Positions 47,046-56,475 are shown, counted from the stretch's first letter. The stretch: DNA of 61,134 bases from Candidatus Micrarchaeota archaeon (GCA_040754495.1 JBFMCO010000046.1:1-61134); one strand, 5' to 3'. Translations and numbers: made by a program. The notes: generated by a model from the letters alone, not told the origin.

Positions 47046-47117
47046 TGAAAACCCTCTCTGCCATTCTTAGTGGGGTTTTCCATCCCCATCTACTGCACGA
47101 CCCAAGTTCCATATCAT

Positions 47118-47211
47118 CAGTCTCCTGCACCCGGTTCCCGGCATCCTGTCATGGGTTTCCGGTTTTGTGTTCCGCGTCCCGACAAAACCGGGAACCGGAG
47201 ACCGGAAACCA
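47118..47211. repeat. Head-to-head 7-bp arrays forming an inverted repeat/hairpin
   Basis: A T-rich arm (GGGTTTC CGGTTTT GTGTTCC) is followed by an A-rich arm (AAAACCG GGAACCG GAGACCG GAAACCA). 47154-47166 pairs with 47184-47196 at 12 of 13 positions. Confidence 0.8.
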
Positions 47212-47213
47212 TC

Positions 47214-47924
47214 TTAGACAATCGTTACCCCCGTAGGCCCGACCCTTATCGGTATCGGCAAGTCCAGCTCGGGCACGCTCAGCACGAACTTCCCGCCCTT
47301 GTCCGCAATAGTGTATGTCCCGTCCATCCCGTGCTCTATGAGGCTTATCATCTGCTTGTCATGGACGCCTTCGTCCACGAGGTACATGGCGGTCGCGCCG
47401 ACCGTCTTCAGCCTGCCCGCTATCACCGAAAGGAACTTCCTGATCGAATCCTGCGGATTGTAGAGCACGAAAGTTGAGAGGGTGTCGAAGACCACCCTCA
47501 TCTTCTTCCCGGTGCTCTCCTTGATGGCCTCGTTCAGCATGAGCGAGATGTCGTTCAGCGCCCCCGGGCCCGGCACCATCCTCACCCTCTCGCCGCTCTT
47601 TACCTCCACGTTGCCGAGGCTGGAGCTGTAGCAGTCGATGAAATAGACGTTCGGCCGGTTCAGGTTTATCCCGATGGTTGAGGCCTTGTTCATTATGTCG
47701 GCCGGGGACGAGTTCCCGCATATTATGTACGCGTTCTCGTTCTGGCCTGCCGAGGCCGCGAAGTGGTACGCGAAAGCCGCCTTCTCCATCCCGCTCGGCC
47801 CTATCAGCACGATGTTGCCGGGGTTGAAGTAGCCGCCTTCCAGTATCATGTCCAAATCCGGTATGCCTGTTGAAAGCCTGTTGGCCTTCAGGATGGGCAT
47901 CGCCTCGTTCACTCCCATAGCCAT
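47214..47924 (-). CDS. RAD55/KaiC-like RecA-fold ATPase, degenerate Walker A
   Basis: STGIPDLDMILEGG, GPSGMEKAAF (Walker A altered), FIDCYS, VFDTLS and HGMDG. Confidence 0.8.
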   Translation of the reverse strand: MAMGVNEAMPILKANRLSTGIPDLDMILEGGYFNPGNIVLIGPSGMEKAAFAYHFAASAGQNENAYIICGNSSPADIMNKASTIGINLNRPNVYFIDCYSSSLGNVEVKSGERVRMVPGPGALNDISLMLNEAIKESTGKKMRVVFDTLSTFVLYNPQDSIRKFLSVIAGRLKTVGATAMYLVDEGVHDKQMISLIEHGMDGTYTIADKGGKFVLSVPELDLPIPIRVGPTGVTIV

Positions 47925-47959
47925 AGGCGGGAATTATGTTAGAAGATTTAAATAATGTA

Positions 47960-49212
47960 TTACCCCCAAGACGGCCATGAAGTTCCCTTTTTTTTAGACG
48001 GGGTAGATTGGTCCCGTCGCGGAAATGAACTCTCCTCCCATTTATCAATTCCCCCTTGGCAGGAGCGTCATGGGGGACGTAAGAGTATGGAAATACCGAC
48101 TTTATGCGTCGAAAAGCCAGCAGAAGGAGCTTGCCTCCCGTCTCTATTCCTGCAAAGACCTATGGAACAATCTTCTAGAATATACCAAAAAACACTACGA
48201 TGAAACCGGTAGGCTCCCCGCAAGAAAGGAATTGTATCTTCGGACCAAGGGAAGCCCTCTCTACTCACAGGTCGCCCAGAACGTTGCAGATCGTCTTAGC
48301 AAATCCCTGAAAGGAATGCTGGCGAGAAGACGTGCAGGCAGGAAAGCAGGTTTTCCAAGATTCAAGACAATTGAGCGACTGAAGTCATTTACCTACCCAC
48401 AATTCGGCTTCAGGCTTGGGGATAAGCTTCAATTGTCTGGGATAGGGGAAATCCCAATCAAAAAGCACAGGGAAATCTGCGGAAGGATGAAAACATTAAC
48501 GCTAAAGAAATCGCCCTCTGGCAAATGGTTTGCCGTCTTCACCACCGAGGTTGAAGCTGCAAAACCGGAGAAAAAAGAAGGGCATCAGGTGGGCCTGGAC
48601 CTTGGCATCGAGCATTTCGCTCACCTCAGCGACGGCGATATTATTGAAAATCCGCGGCATCTGAAAAGGGTAGAGGGCAAACTGGGGCTGGAACAGACAA
48701 GGCTTTCAAGAAAGAAGAAAGGCGGCAAAAACAGGGACAAAAGCAGAATGAAATTCGCAATTGCATATGAAAAACTTAGAGACCGAAGAAGAGATTTTCT
48801 TCACAAAGTCAGCAGGAATCTCGTAAACAAATATTCGTTCATAGCAATGGAAAAGCTGGATGTCTCCGGTCTAGCCGGAGGTTTCCTTGCAAAATCCGTG
48901 CTTGACTGCGATTGGGCTGAATTTGTAGGCATGCTTCGCTACAAAGCGGCGGAAGCTGGTTGCGAAGTCGTGCTTGTTGATCCTGCCCACACAACCCAAT
49001 TGTGTAGCGGCTGCGGCGTAGTGCGGAAAAAATCGCTTGCGGAGAGGTGGCATATCTGCTCATGCGGGGCATACATGCACAGGGACCTCAATGCGGCGAT
49101 AAACATACTCGACAGAGCTACCCTGGGGCACAGGGTAAGTAACGCTTGGGGAGAAGGGAGCTATTCCCTCGTTGAACCAAGAAGCCCCGCCATTTAGGTG
49201 GGGGCGTGTCAC
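47960..49212 (+). mobile_element. TnpB-only (IS1341-type) IS200/IS605 element; left end approximate
   Basis: No tnpA gene. The right-end hairpin CCCCGCC-ATTTA-GGTGGGG (49185-49203) is followed by a terminal TCAC (49209-49212). The region is AT-richer than its flanks. Confidence 0.7.
48070..49197 (+). CDS. tnpB: TnpB RNA-guided endonuclease (IS200/IS605 family)
   Basis: WKYRLY, GFPRFK, GLDLG (D), AMEKL (E), TTQLCSGCG and CSCG Zn ribbon, HRDLNAAINI (D). Confidence 0.95.
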   Translation: MGDVRVWKYRLYASKSQQKELASRLYSCKDLWNNLLEYTKKHYDETGRLPARKELYLRTKGSPLYSQVAQNVADRLSKSLKGMLARRRAGRKAGFPRFKTIERLKSFTYPQFGFRLGDKLQLSGIGEIPIKKHREICGRMKTLTLKKSPSGKWFAVFTTEVEAAKPEKKEGHQVGLDLGIEHFAHLSDGDIIENPRHLKRVEGKLGLEQTRLSRKKKGGKNRDKSRMKFAIAYEKLRDRRRDFLHKVSRNLVNKYSFIAMEKLDVSGLAGGFLAKSVLDCDWAEFVGMLRYKAAEAGCEVVLVDPAHTTQLCSGCGVVRKKSLAERWHICSCGAYMHRDLNAAINILDRATLGHRVSNAWGEGSYSLVEPRSPAI

Positions 49213-49265
49213 AACTAGCTAAAGCTGGGAAGAAGAGAAATTAGAAAAAAGAGATGAAAGGGATT

Positions 49266-49640
49266 TCAGGAAACGCTTACCGCGCAGACGTCCGACGAGG
49301 TCGTTCCCAGGAGGGCTGCTATTAACGGCGGCATGATGATGTATATGACGATGCCGATGACAGCTCCAGTGAGCATTGCAGTCGCCCACACCGCTGCCCT
49401 TGCCCTCGTTTCCGCACCGAGCACCTGGCCGACCGCGTAGGTCGCGCCAGCGAGCACGACCAGAATCATGGCGGTCGCGCCGAGGAACGTCTTTGCGTTC
49501 GTACAGAGGATGTTTAGAGCGGAAGCCAGGTTGCCGGCCGTGGGGTCAGCGGCTGCGGCCAGAGGCGCGAGCGCCAGAACGGCCAGCAGCAAATACTTTC
49601 CGATAGCATTAACTTTATTCATGTAGCCGATTATGTTCAT
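49266..49640 (-). CDS. TrbC/VirB2-like pilin family protein
   Basis: Signal peptide plus two hydrophobic helices separated by GAETRARAAVWA, with two Cys; 124 aa. Confidence 0.65.
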   Translation of the reverse strand: MNIIGYMNKVNAIGKYLLLAVLALAPLAAAADPTAGNLASALNILCTNAKTFLGATAMILVVLAGATYAVGQVLGAETRARAAVWATAMLTGAVIGIVIYIIMPPLIAALLGTTSSDVCAVSVS

Positions 49641-49714
49641 CCGTTCACCTTGGCGTTATTCTGGAGGTTAATATTTAAAAGTCTATCCGACCGACTTAAT
49701 GACGGGTATCCGTC

Positions 49715-51190
49715 GTGAAACTATCACTCAAACTGCCAGATGACGACCGCAGGCTCATCCTTCTGCTTGTGGCCCTTTTCCTCCTCACCCGGCTGCCCCT
49801 GCTCACGTACCTTCCACTCACCAAGGACGAGGCGATATACGCTGTGATGATAGAGGAGCAGGTGCGCTCCCCGACTCTCGTCCCGACGTTCCTGGGCTAT
49901 CCTGTGAGCTGGAAGCCCATACTCTTCTTCTGGGTGTACTCCATTCTTTCCCGGCTGCCGCTTCCACTCGAACTCGCCTATCGCCTGCCATCCCTGCTTT
50001 TCGGGATGATTTCGGTTCCCCTGCTGTATCATATCTTCAGGGAAGCTGGTGGGGCCAGCAGGACGCTGGCATTCTTCTCTACGGCAATTTTCCAGCTTTC
50101 GCTCATATCACTCTATCCCAACTCCGCCCTCCTTCTCGACAGCCTCATGTTCCTGATAATCCTCCTGGCCTTCTACCTTTACACGCAGCAGAAGGCAGGG
50201 CGCTACCGCTTCCTCCTCTGCGCAGCCCTCTCCATCCTCGCCTTTTTCACGAAATTCATCCTTGCAGCGATGATACCCGTCCTTGCGGCCGGCTATTTCT
50301 GGCAGAATGGCCGCAAAACCCTCAAGGACCCGCTCTTCCTGCTGTCCCTGCTCGCGGTGCCCTCCGCGCTGGCGGTCAATGTCCTGCTTTTCGGGCAGGC
50401 CGGAATCACCACCGAGAATGAAATTCCCCTCGCGAGCAACGTGGTGGCTGGCGGCCTCGGCGGCCAGCTTAACTCGGTTTTCGGGGCGCTCGTCGCGATT
50501 TTCCTGGGGGCCGGTTTTTGGGCCGTCCTGTCCCTCCAGGGAATCCTCAAGTTCTGGAAAGAGAGCAGGTTCATGGCGCTCTGGGCTTCGCTGACGCTGC
50601 TGCCCCTGCTTCTTGCCTCCCTCCTGTTCTGGTATTACCTGCCTGTCCTGCCCGCAATCTCTTTCTTTTCCGCCCTGCTGCTCCTCAGGTGGGACGGCAA
50701 GGAGCGCCCTGACGCGCTCTTCGCAATTGTCTTCTGCATGCTCGCGGCAGTATCGCTCGCCTCGGCCTTTTACATCGAATTCCTGGTCTACGGAGCCAGC
50801 AAGCCCGAGATGGAAGCGGGCCTCCTTCTTGCAGGGAAGGAGAACGTCCTCATAATAGGCCGCTACCCGACCACGCTCGTAGGCTACAAGATGCTGACCG
50901 AATACCATGAGCTTGGGCATCCCCTGGATTTCGGATGGGTGACTTCGAGCCGCGGCATGCCCCAGGAAGCCATTGCCGAATATCTCCGCGATTACCATTC
51001 TGACAGCTACCCTGCGGCCGATGGCTCCTTCAACGAGATATACACGACGAACAAGACGTTCCGGAAGGACACGAATATCACGTCTTTCGATTACATCGCG
51101 GTAACCGCATTCGACAAGCCCGAAATCCCGAATTCGACAATCGTTTATGAGAAGCTTGACATAACGGTCTATAAGGTTGCCCGCGGTTAA
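49715..51190 (+). CDS. GT-C fold membrane glycosyltransferase (PMT/ArnT-like)
   Basis: LTKDEAIY after TM1, WKPILFFW, YRLPS and FTKF; multiple TMs and a C-terminal extracellular domain. Confidence 0.8.
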   Translation: MKLSLKLPDDDRRLILLLVALFLLTRLPLLTYLPLTKDEAIYAVMIEEQVRSPTLVPTFLGYPVSWKPILFFWVYSILSRLPLPLELAYRLPSLLFGMISVPLLYHIFREAGGASRTLAFFSTAIFQLSLISLYPNSALLLDSLMFLIILLAFYLYTQQKAGRYRFLLCAALSILAFFTKFILAAMIPVLAAGYFWQNGRKTLKDPLFLLSLLAVPSALAVNVLLFGQAGITTENEIPLASNVVAGGLGGQLNSVFGALVAIFLGAGFWAVLSLQGILKFWKESRFMALWASLTLLPLLLASLLFWYYLPVLPAISFFSALLLLRWDGKERPDALFAIVFCMLAAVSLASAFYIEFLVYGASKPEMEAGLLLAGKENVLIIGRYPTTLVGYKMLTEYHELGHPLDFGWVTSSRGMPQEAIAEYLRDYHSDSYPAADGSFNEIYTTNKTFRKDTNITSFDYIAVTAFDKPEIPNSTIVYEKLDITVYKVARG

Positions 51191-51204
51191 CCCGCCTGAT
51201 TCGC

Positions 51205-51948
51205 ATGAAAAAATCGGAATTCGTCGAATGGAACGAGCGGATGTTCAAAAAATACAACAACGTCCGGCTCTATGACCACCCGAATCCGTTCATCCGCCTG
51301 ACCGAGAGGATGAGGGCAGCCGAAGCCGTGCGCAGCGTGGCAGGCAACGGGCGCGTCCTGGACCTCGGCTGCGGCGAAGGATACATGCTCAGGCAAATCC
51401 GCGCGCGGTCGCTAGTCGGGGTGGACATCTCCCGGACGGCCCTTCTGCGCGCCGCAAAGGTCTCCGGGGCGGTTCTTGTGCGGGCCTACGCGGAAGAGCT
51501 TCCTTTCCAGGACAGCTATTTCGATGCCGCGGTTTGCAGCGAGGTCATCGAGCACACCATGGAGCCGGCGGGGATTGTCGCGGAGCTGGCCCGCGTCGTC
51601 CGTCCCGGTGGGAAGATAGTAATCACGGTGCCCAATGAGCCTTTCATCAACAGGATAAAGGACATCGTCTGGTCGGTCGGGCTCGCAGGGCTGCTGCTGC
51701 CGGGAATCCCGCGCCGCCAGAACGAGGAATGGCACCTGCACTCGTTTGACCTGGCGATGCTCCGCCGCCTCTGCGGCGGGAAGCTGGAGATTGCCTCCGT
51801 CCGCGCGATCCCGTTTTTCCTTTTCCCTGTCCGGTATGTCGCCATCTGTACCAATCCGAAGGGAGGCCCGCCCGGCGCTGGAAGCCTTTTCAGCAGAAAG
51901 ATAAACAAGAGGGGCCCTTATTACGACGCCATCGGGAGGCGAAAGTGA
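51205..51948 (+). CDS. Class I SAM-dependent methyltransferase
   Basis: VLDLGCGEG, GVDIS, AEELPF, FDAAVCSEVIEH, LRPGG-like VRPGG and ITVPN. Confidence 0.9.
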   Translation: MKKSEFVEWNERMFKKYNNVRLYDHPNPFIRLTERMRAAEAVRSVAGNGRVLDLGCGEGYMLRQIRARSLVGVDISRTALLRAAKVSGAVLVRAYAEELPFQDSYFDAAVCSEVIEHTMEPAGIVAELARVVRPGGKIVITVPNEPFINRIKDIVWSVGLAGLLLPGIPRRQNEEWHLHSFDLAMLRRLCGGKLEIASVRAIPFFLFPVRYVAICTNPKGGPPGAGSLFSRKINKRGPYYDAIGRRK

Positions 51949-52024
51949 CTGGCAGGCGAAGGGCGGAATCCGCGCCTCAGGCTTCCTTATGTCCGTGCGC
52001 GCCAAGCCTGCGGGGCCAGCCGCT

Positions 52025-52681
52025 TCAGAAGAATCTCCTCAGCGCCAGGTATGCGCCTATCTCGAAACCGTGCAACACGCTCAGCTTGGTCTTTCCCCTC
52101 CGCGCCCCATATGTTATTGGCACCTCGCAGATGCCGATCCCCTTCTTCGCGCATTCTGCGTAGAAGTTCGCCTCGAGCTCGAAATGCTTAGAGTTCACTT
52201 CTATGGCCTTGTAGGCTCTCTTCCTGAAGGCCCAGAAGCCGGAGCATACGTCGCTTATCCTTTTCCCATAGAGCGCGTTGGCCATAGCGGTGAGGGCGCG
52301 GTTGCCCAGCCTGTTCAAAAAGGGCATAGAGCCTCCGGCTATCCTTCCCCTGAATCTGCTCCCGACGACTACGTCGCAACTCTCAAGGGCCCTGATGAAG
52401 AGCGGTATCTCCTCGGGCGCATAGCTCGCGTCGGAATCCAGTATGACTGCGATGTCGTCTTCGATATCCGAGAACGCCTTCCTGATGGCCGTCGCTTTGC
52501 CACGCTTGTTTATTGAGATGATGGCCGCGCCCTTCCCTTTCGCGATGTCGACCGTCCCATCGCTGCTCCCGCCGTCCACCACGCATACCCTGTATCCGCC
52601 CTCGAGCTTCTTCACCCTGTCGATTATCTGCCCTATGGATTCGGCTTCGTTGAAGGTGGGAAGAAGCACGCAGAGTCTCAT
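52025..52681 (-). CDS. Glycosyltransferase family 2 (DPM1-like)
   Basis: LLPTFNEA, VVDGGSSDGT, ILDSD (DxD), VVGSRF and DVCSGF. Confidence 0.9.
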   Translation of the reverse strand: MRLCVLLPTFNEAESIGQIIDRVKKLEGGYRVCVVDGGSSDGTVDIAKGKGAAIISINKRGKATAIRKAFSDIEDDIAVILDSDASYAPEEIPLFIRALESCDVVVGSRFRGRIAGGSMPFLNRLGNRALTAMANALYGKRISDVCSGFWAFRKRAYKAIEVNSKHFELEANFYAECAKKGIGICEVPITYGARRGKTKLSVLHGFEIGAYLALRRFF

Positions 52682-52734
52682 CGAGCTAGTTCGTTTCGCA
52701 TGTTTTTAAATCATAATCTCCAAACTCCGGTATC

Positions 52735-54318
52735 ATGCAGACGGCGGCCAGCGATTTCCTTGTGAAAAAGGTTCCCGACCTGGTCTACCACGGCCTCTGG
52801 GCCCTGTTCCTTTTCTCCGTGGCCGCGGTCTTGCTGACATCCGTGGCCAAAATCGACAAGCTGCCGTATCTGGTGGAAAATTTCCATGCGGACAGCTATG
52901 ACACCATGCTGAGCGTCAAGTTCTTCTCCGAATTCGGGCCGTTCGGCAACGTCCCCTACTATTCCGGCCCCTACCGCCTCTTCGGATATTTCCCGCTGCT
53001 GTTCGCGGCTCTCGCAAGCCTCCTGAATTACGCGCTCAATGACGTCTCGCTGAGCACCACGATGCTCTACTGGATGACCGACATCGCGATGGCGGCGCTG
53101 CTCTGGGAGAAGTTCCTGAAAAAATGCGACTGGAAGGTGCGCGCGCTGTTCGTGGCATTCTTCCTCGTGAACCTCATATTCGGGAATCTCTTCCCCCTCG
53201 GCTTCAGGAAAAGGCAGCAGCTCGCAGTGCTGCTCGGAATGATAATGTTCCTGAACGCAGGCATCGCCATGAACGCGGCCCTGGGCTTCGCTGCATTGCT
53301 GGCCCAGCCCTTTACAGGCGCGGCCATAGTGCTCCTGAGGGCCGCCGAATTCATCGGGAAAAGGGAATTCCGCGGAGCCGCCCTGATGCTGGGTGCAGCC
53401 GCCCTCGCATACCCCTTCTACGCCGGCCTCATCTCCGCTACCTTTCTCGAGCCCGCCATGCCGGGATGCGGCTTGCTGACCAACCAGCAATTCTTCGGAT
53501 TGCGCGTCCTGTTTTTCGTCGCGGTCCTTGCCTTCTATCTCGCCAACATGCAAAAGCGGGACCTGCTGCTTGACGCATCGCTCGTCCTTGCGGCATTCTA
53601 TCCCGTCTCGCTCATGCTGTTCCTGATGGCAAAGGACTTCCTGCCTCTCGCCGCGGCGCAGAAGGTCCTGTACGTGCTGTCCATGCCATGCAGCGAAAGC
53701 ATGTTCCAGGCGGCAGCCCTCGGAATCGTCGCCTTCATCTACCTGAGGAATCATTGCAACCTCACGCGGCCGGTCCTCGCGCTGCTTCTCTTCATGAGCG
53801 TGCTGAGCCTCAATATCCTGGAAACCTACCTGCTGGAAGAGTCCACCGTAGACGGCAGATACCAGGCCGTCCTCGGCCTGCTGCAGGACCTCGGCCTGCA
53901 CCGCATCAAGACCGCAGAGGTCGTCGTTTCGCAGTATTCGGGAACCCTGAATTTCCTGCCGACATTCACATTGTTTCCGGTCCAGGGATACGCGATGCTC
54001 CGCGGCTACAATGTGACTTTCGTTGACGAATTCAACCTCCCGCCCCAGATCTCCCGCGGCATGACCAACGTTTATATGTTCAGCCTGCCGAAGTCGATAT
54101 ACGAGGAGGACATTGATTCGTGCAGGGCCACAGTGGCCGGGCTGAAAGGCGCCGGCGTCGAGGGGCTGATATTCCTGATAGGCTCCGATATGACCCTCCC
54201 GCCGGATTTCGATATGGAAAAGATGCTGGACGATGACTTCCTGTCCAGGTGCGGCCTGAAAAAGGAATCGCTCGGAAGCGGCGGAAGCTCCATCGCGGTT
54301 CTCTACAGCATAAAGTGA
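52735..54318 (+). CDS. Polytopic membrane protein, probable GT-C-like
   Basis: About 11 TMs, an acidic loop after TM1 (HADSYD) and a C-terminal soluble domain; lies within the GT cluster. Confidence 0.6.
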   Translation: MQTAASDFLVKKVPDLVYHGLWALFLFSVAAVLLTSVAKIDKLPYLVENFHADSYDTMLSVKFFSEFGPFGNVPYYSGPYRLFGYFPLLFAALASLLNYALNDVSLSTTMLYWMTDIAMAALLWEKFLKKCDWKVRALFVAFFLVNLIFGNLFPLGFRKRQQLAVLLGMIMFLNAGIAMNAALGFAALLAQPFTGAAIVLLRAAEFIGKREFRGAALMLGAAALAYPFYAGLISATFLEPAMPGCGLLTNQQFFGLRVLFFVAVLAFYLANMQKRDLLLDASLVLAAFYPVSLMLFLMAKDFLPLAAAQKVLYVLSMPCSESMFQAAALGIVAFIYLRNHCNLTRPVLALLLFMSVLSLNILETYLLEESTVDGRYQAVLGLLQDLGLHRIKTAEVVVSQYSGTLNFLPTFTLFPVQGYAMLRGYNVTFVDEFNLPPQISRGMTNVYMFSLPKSIYEEDIDSCRATVAGLKGAGVEGLIFLIGSDMTLPPDFDMEKMLDDDFLSRCGLKKESLGSGGSSIAVLYSIK

Positions 54319-54326
54319 GTGTTGCC

Positions 54327-55016
54327 ATGCTCTCCGTGATAGTGCCCGTCCACAACGAAGCGAAGATTCTCGCCTCCACCATCCGGGCCCTCTCCGCCGC
54401 GATGGATGCGCTCGGGGACTACGAGATCATAATCTCAGAAGACGGAAGCACGGACGGGACGCCCCGGATAGCAAAAGGGCTGGCGTCCGGCAACGTCCGG
54501 GTAATCAGCTCGGGAAAGCGCCTCGGCCGCGGGCTTTCCCTGTCCAATGCGATGCGGGCTGCGCGCGGCGACATAGTGATTTACATGGACGCGGACCTGG
54601 CGGCAGATTTGGGAAGCACCCGCAGGCTGGTCAGCGAGATAGAGAAGGGCGCGGACATAAGCACCGGCTCGCGCCTCCTTCCCGGCTCGGAGGTAGTCGG
54701 GAGGAGCCGCCTGCGGGATTTTTTCAGCAGGGGCTACAACATCTTCCTGAGGCTGCTTTTCCGGACCTCCGTGCGCGACCACCAGTGCGGCTTCAAGGCG
54801 TTCAGGAAATCATCAATCCTGCCCCTCGTCGCCGAGGTCAAGGACCGGCACTGGTTCTGGGACAGCGAGCTGATGATACGGGCCCAGGACCGCGGCATGA
54901 AAATCGCAGAGATCCCCATCAGGTGGACCGACCGGAAGGAGAGCGGAGTGAAGCTGGAATCGGACATCATATACATGGGGCTGGCCGCGGTTCGCTTGAG
55001 GCTGGCGTTGCGCTAA
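54327..55016 (+). CDS. Glycosyltransferase family 2 (dolichyl-phosphate glycosyltransferase-like)
   Basis: VIVPVHNEA, SEDGSTDGT, GRG, YMDADL, DHQCGFKAF and WFWDSEL. Confidence 0.9.
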   Translation: MLSVIVPVHNEAKILASTIRALSAAMDALGDYEIIISEDGSTDGTPRIAKGLASGNVRVISSGKRLGRGLSLSNAMRAARGDIVIYMDADLAADLGSTRRLVSEIEKGADISTGSRLLPGSEVVGRSRLRDFFSRGYNIFLRLLFRTSVRDHQCGFKAFRKSSILPLVAEVKDRHWFWDSELMIRAQDRGMKIAEIPIRWTDRKESGVKLESDIIYMGLAAVRLRLALR

Positions 55017-55047
55017 TGGCTTTAAACCCTCCCTACGCCTTTGGTTT

Positions 55048-56475
55048 ATGGATTCCAATGACCGTCCGCTTCTGCTGGTCGTCTTCATCTCCGGCGCATG
55101 CTCCCTGCTGGTCGAAATCGCCGGCGCTCGCGTCCTCGCACCGTACCTCGGCACCACCATCTACTCGTGGGCGGCCGTCATAGGGGTGGTGCTGGCATCC
55201 CTCAGCATCGGCTATTACGCCGGCGGCGTGCTCGCCGACAGGCATCACGACAAAAAGCACTTCTCGCTCATCCTGCTCTCGGCCGGCCTCTCCACGCTCC
55301 TCACGCCGTTCCTGGGGATGGCGCTCCTTCCCATAACGCTGGCCCTTGACGTCGCGTCTGCCAGCCTCATCGGCGCGCTCATCTTCGCTCCTGCAAGCCT
55401 GTTCTACGGCATGGTCTCGCCCTACGCGATAAAGCTGACCGCGAAAAAAGGCGAGGAGGGGAAAAGCTCGGGCTCCGTGTTCGCGCTCTCCACCGTCGGC
55501 AGCATCATGGGCGCCATAGGGACCGGCTTCGTCCTCATACCGAACCTTCCCGTAACCCAGATTTTCATACTCGCGGCCTTCCTCATGCTCGCATCCAGCT
55601 GGGCCGCATCCGGAATCAGGAAGGAGAGCGTGCTCGATGCCCTCCCGTTTTTGGCCATGAGCTTCCTGATGCTCGGCGCCCAGCTCGAGCCCCCGGTCAA
55701 GGGAACCGTTGTGTACAGCGGAGACAGCGCCTATTACCATCTGCGCGTCATCGACACGACCTGGCGCGGGGGCCCTGCGCGCGTGCTTTTCCTGGACAAC
55801 GCCGCGTCATCCGGCGAGAGGCCGGACGGCGAGCCGGCCTTCGAGTACGTGAAGACGACACGCCTGGCCTACGAGATTCCCGTGAACGTGAGCCGGGCAC
55901 TGGTCATAGGCTCGGCCGCCGGGACCGAGATGGAGGAGCTGAAGAGGGTTTATCCGGATGCGCAGGTGGACGGCGTGGAAATAGACGAGAAGGCGGTCTC
56001 GCTCGGCAAGGAATACTTCTCTTTCGAGGACGACAACAGGACACAGGTTATCATAGACGACGCGAGGAGGTACGTGCTCCGCGCAAACGCCACCTATGAC
56101 CTCGTCCTCATCGACGCCTTCAGGGGCACGAGCCTGCCCTACCACCTTGCCACGAAGGAATACCTGTCCGCGCTCAGGCAGAAGCTCTCCCCGGACGGGC
56201 TTGTCGTCGTCAATATCATCTCCTCGGTCGATGGAGAAAAAGCCGGCGTCCTGGATTACATGCACGGCACGTTCTCCTCGGTTTTCAGTGACGTCGTAAT
56301 CATCCCGACCGGCAACGACACCGGGAAGCTCCAGAACATCGTCCTCATCGCCTCCGACCGGGACCTCTCCGGATTCCGCGCCGCCCATGCGGACAGGGTA
56401 TACACCGGGCCGGTCGCGGAGAAGCCTCCGCTCACCGACGAGCTCAACCCCATCGAGCTCTACGTGGCGAGGTAG
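55048..56475 (+). CDS. Fused membrane domain/spermidine synthase-like protein
   Basis: N-terminal TM block (LLVEI, GTTIYSW, STVGSIMG), then IGSAAG, VEID, DDARRY and LIDAF. Confidence 0.85.
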   Translation: MDSNDRPLLLVVFISGACSLLVEIAGARVLAPYLGTTIYSWAAVIGVVLASLSIGYYAGGVLADRHHDKKHFSLILLSAGLSTLLTPFLGMALLPITLALDVASASLIGALIFAPASLFYGMVSPYAIKLTAKKGEEGKSSGSVFALSTVGSIMGAIGTGFVLIPNLPVTQIFILAAFLMLASSWAASGIRKESVLDALPFLAMSFLMLGAQLEPPVKGTVVYSGDSAYYHLRVIDTTWRGGPARVLFLDNAASSGERPDGEPAFEYVKTTRLAYEIPVNVSRALVIGSAAGTEMEELKRVYPDAQVDGVEIDEKAVSLGKEYFSFEDDNRTQVIIDDARRYVLRANATYDLVLIDAFRGTSLPYHLATKEYLSALRQKLSPDGLVVVNIISSVDGEKAGVLDYMHGTFSSVFSDVVIIPTGNDTGKLQNIVLIASDRDLSGFRAAHADRVYTGPVAEKPPLTDELNPIELYVAR

